From the sequence record NC_031039.1: a stretch of 64,000 nt of DNA; one strand, given 5' to 3'. The notes under the pieces were generated by a model, which saw nothing but the letters and a program-made list of their open reading frames with translations, had not been told where the DNA came from and made no database searches. Within the stretch, counting starts at the first letter, position 1, and each line of letters opens with the position of its first letter. Position numbers and translations under genes: made by a program. Shown here piece after piece: positions 63,195 to 64,000 of the stretch.

Positions 63195-63902
63195 TTATTT
63201 GAAGTTTCTTATTGTTCTTCCAATTCTCATTGGATCTAATACAGCGGGAGAAATTAATAAATCAATTGCTATATTTTTTGTAAATGAAATATTATAAACA
63301 TTATAACCTTTTTGAAAATTCCCTTTTAAAACTTTCTTACCAAATTTACTTTTTGCTGTTTGTTTTCTAATAAAGCAAATAATTGGTTGAATTAAAAGAT
63401 GAAAGTTAATTAAAGATAATAAAACTAGTAAAAGAATATTAATAAAAATATTCAATTTTGTTACTCTTCCTTCTTTAACTGTTAAATATTTTAAATCATT
63501 GATTCCCTTTTGTTTATCTCTTCTAACATAATTGCTAACTGTTGATATAATTGGTGTTTTATTAATTTCTTTCATTTCTTCATTAGTCATTGTATCTAAA
63601 TTTTCTTCTACAGTTTCAAAGAAACCTTGAATAAATTCATTTTTAAAACTTTTTCTTTCTTTTGCTTCTAATTTACCAATCTCTAAACCAATATAATATT
63701 CAGTTGCTATTTCTGGTCCAATTCCATACTCAATTATACTTCTAAAATTATAATGTAAGATAATTCCTTTCTTCCCATGTTGCATACCTAACTCAAATGT
63801 GTATGTAAGTAGTTTATGACCAAGTTTTGTATTTTTAATTATCTTCATCATAATATTGGGCAAAATATGAACTGCTAATCCAATTACTAAAAATTCTATC
63901 AT
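63195..63902 (-). CDS. Hypothetical membrane protein
   Basis: SD GAGGAGG; hydrophobic segments. Confidence 0.75.
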   Translation of the reverse strand: MIEFLVIGLAVHILPNIMMKIIKNTKLGHKLLTYTFELGMQHGKKGIILHYNFRSIIEYGIGPEIATEYYIGLEIGKLEAKERKSFKNEFIQGFFETVEENLDTMTNEEMKEINKTPIISTVSNYVRRDKQKGINDLKYLTVKEGRVTKLNIFINILLLVLLSLINFHLLIQPIICFIRKQTAKSKFGKKVLKGNFQKGYNVYNISFTKNIAIDLLISPAVLDPMRIGRTIRNFK

Positions 63903-63987
63903 TTTTTGTTTCCTCCTCTCTTTAACGGATCATAGAAATATCCTATTTTAGATAATATAGAATTAAATATTCATTATTATCACAATT

Positions 63988-64000
63988 ATAATATATATTT
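63988..64000 (-). promoter_or_regulatory. Early promoter AAATATATATTAT
   Basis: Exact motif at the window end, heading the leftward early block. Confidence 0.8.

Noticed and set aside
2197-63902. Antisense or nested ORFs in the track (2197, 2355, 4212, 4369, 7763, 10178, 11969, 13060, 13702-13890, 16716, 17166, 18244, 19331, 19894, 22627, 24804, 26063, 26891, 33667, 36460, 37084, 38654, 41262, 45537, 48647, 49224, 50191-52626 set, 53924, 56156, 58278, 60792)
   Set aside because: Shadows of longer genes with recognisable motifs; no SD; composition mirrors the sense codons
1-64000. Direct evidence of uracil-substituted DNA, Ugi, or nucleus-shell (chimallin) / PhuZ genes
   Set aside because: Base modification cannot be seen in sequence, and none of these genes is recognisable in this window

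Overview
AT-rich (roughly 25-30% GC) segment of a phiKZ-related Bacillus jumbo phage. From memory, several proteins look the same as or very close to AR9/PBS1 proteins (nvRNAP specificity subunit gp226, chaperonin gp228, nvRNAP beta'-N gp270); this needs a BLAST check. Contents: nucleotide metabolism and replication genes (5'-3' exonuclease-like, dCMP deaminase, nrdI-nrdE-nrdF, primase, Gmk-like kinase, RNase H); subunits of two multisubunit RNAPs, one split by a group IA intron with an HNH endonuclease inserted inside the DYDG^D catalytic motif; a GroEL-like chaperonin; baseplate genes; a long tail-fibre operon; a holin; one tRNA-Asn; and many early orphan genes. Ten exact copies of AAATATATATTAT mark early promoters, and AACA-N6-TA motifs mark late promoters. 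Most striking unexplained signals: (1) a ~260-nt GC-enriched structured RNA at 20937-21197 behind a late promoter, ending in a tRNA-like minihelix with encoded ACCA; (2) Ig-like repeats split between separate fibre genes in exactly complementary halves, suggesting strand complementation in trans (two cases); (3) a likely -1 frameshift joining the gp26-like and gp51-like baseplate/tail chaperone ORFs; (4) a 16-bp anti-Shine-Dalgarno fold-back flanking one gene; (5) a stand-alone TV-Pol/PolA-like mini-polymerase; (6) a catalytically dead amidase. All folds, alignments and counts were done by eye.
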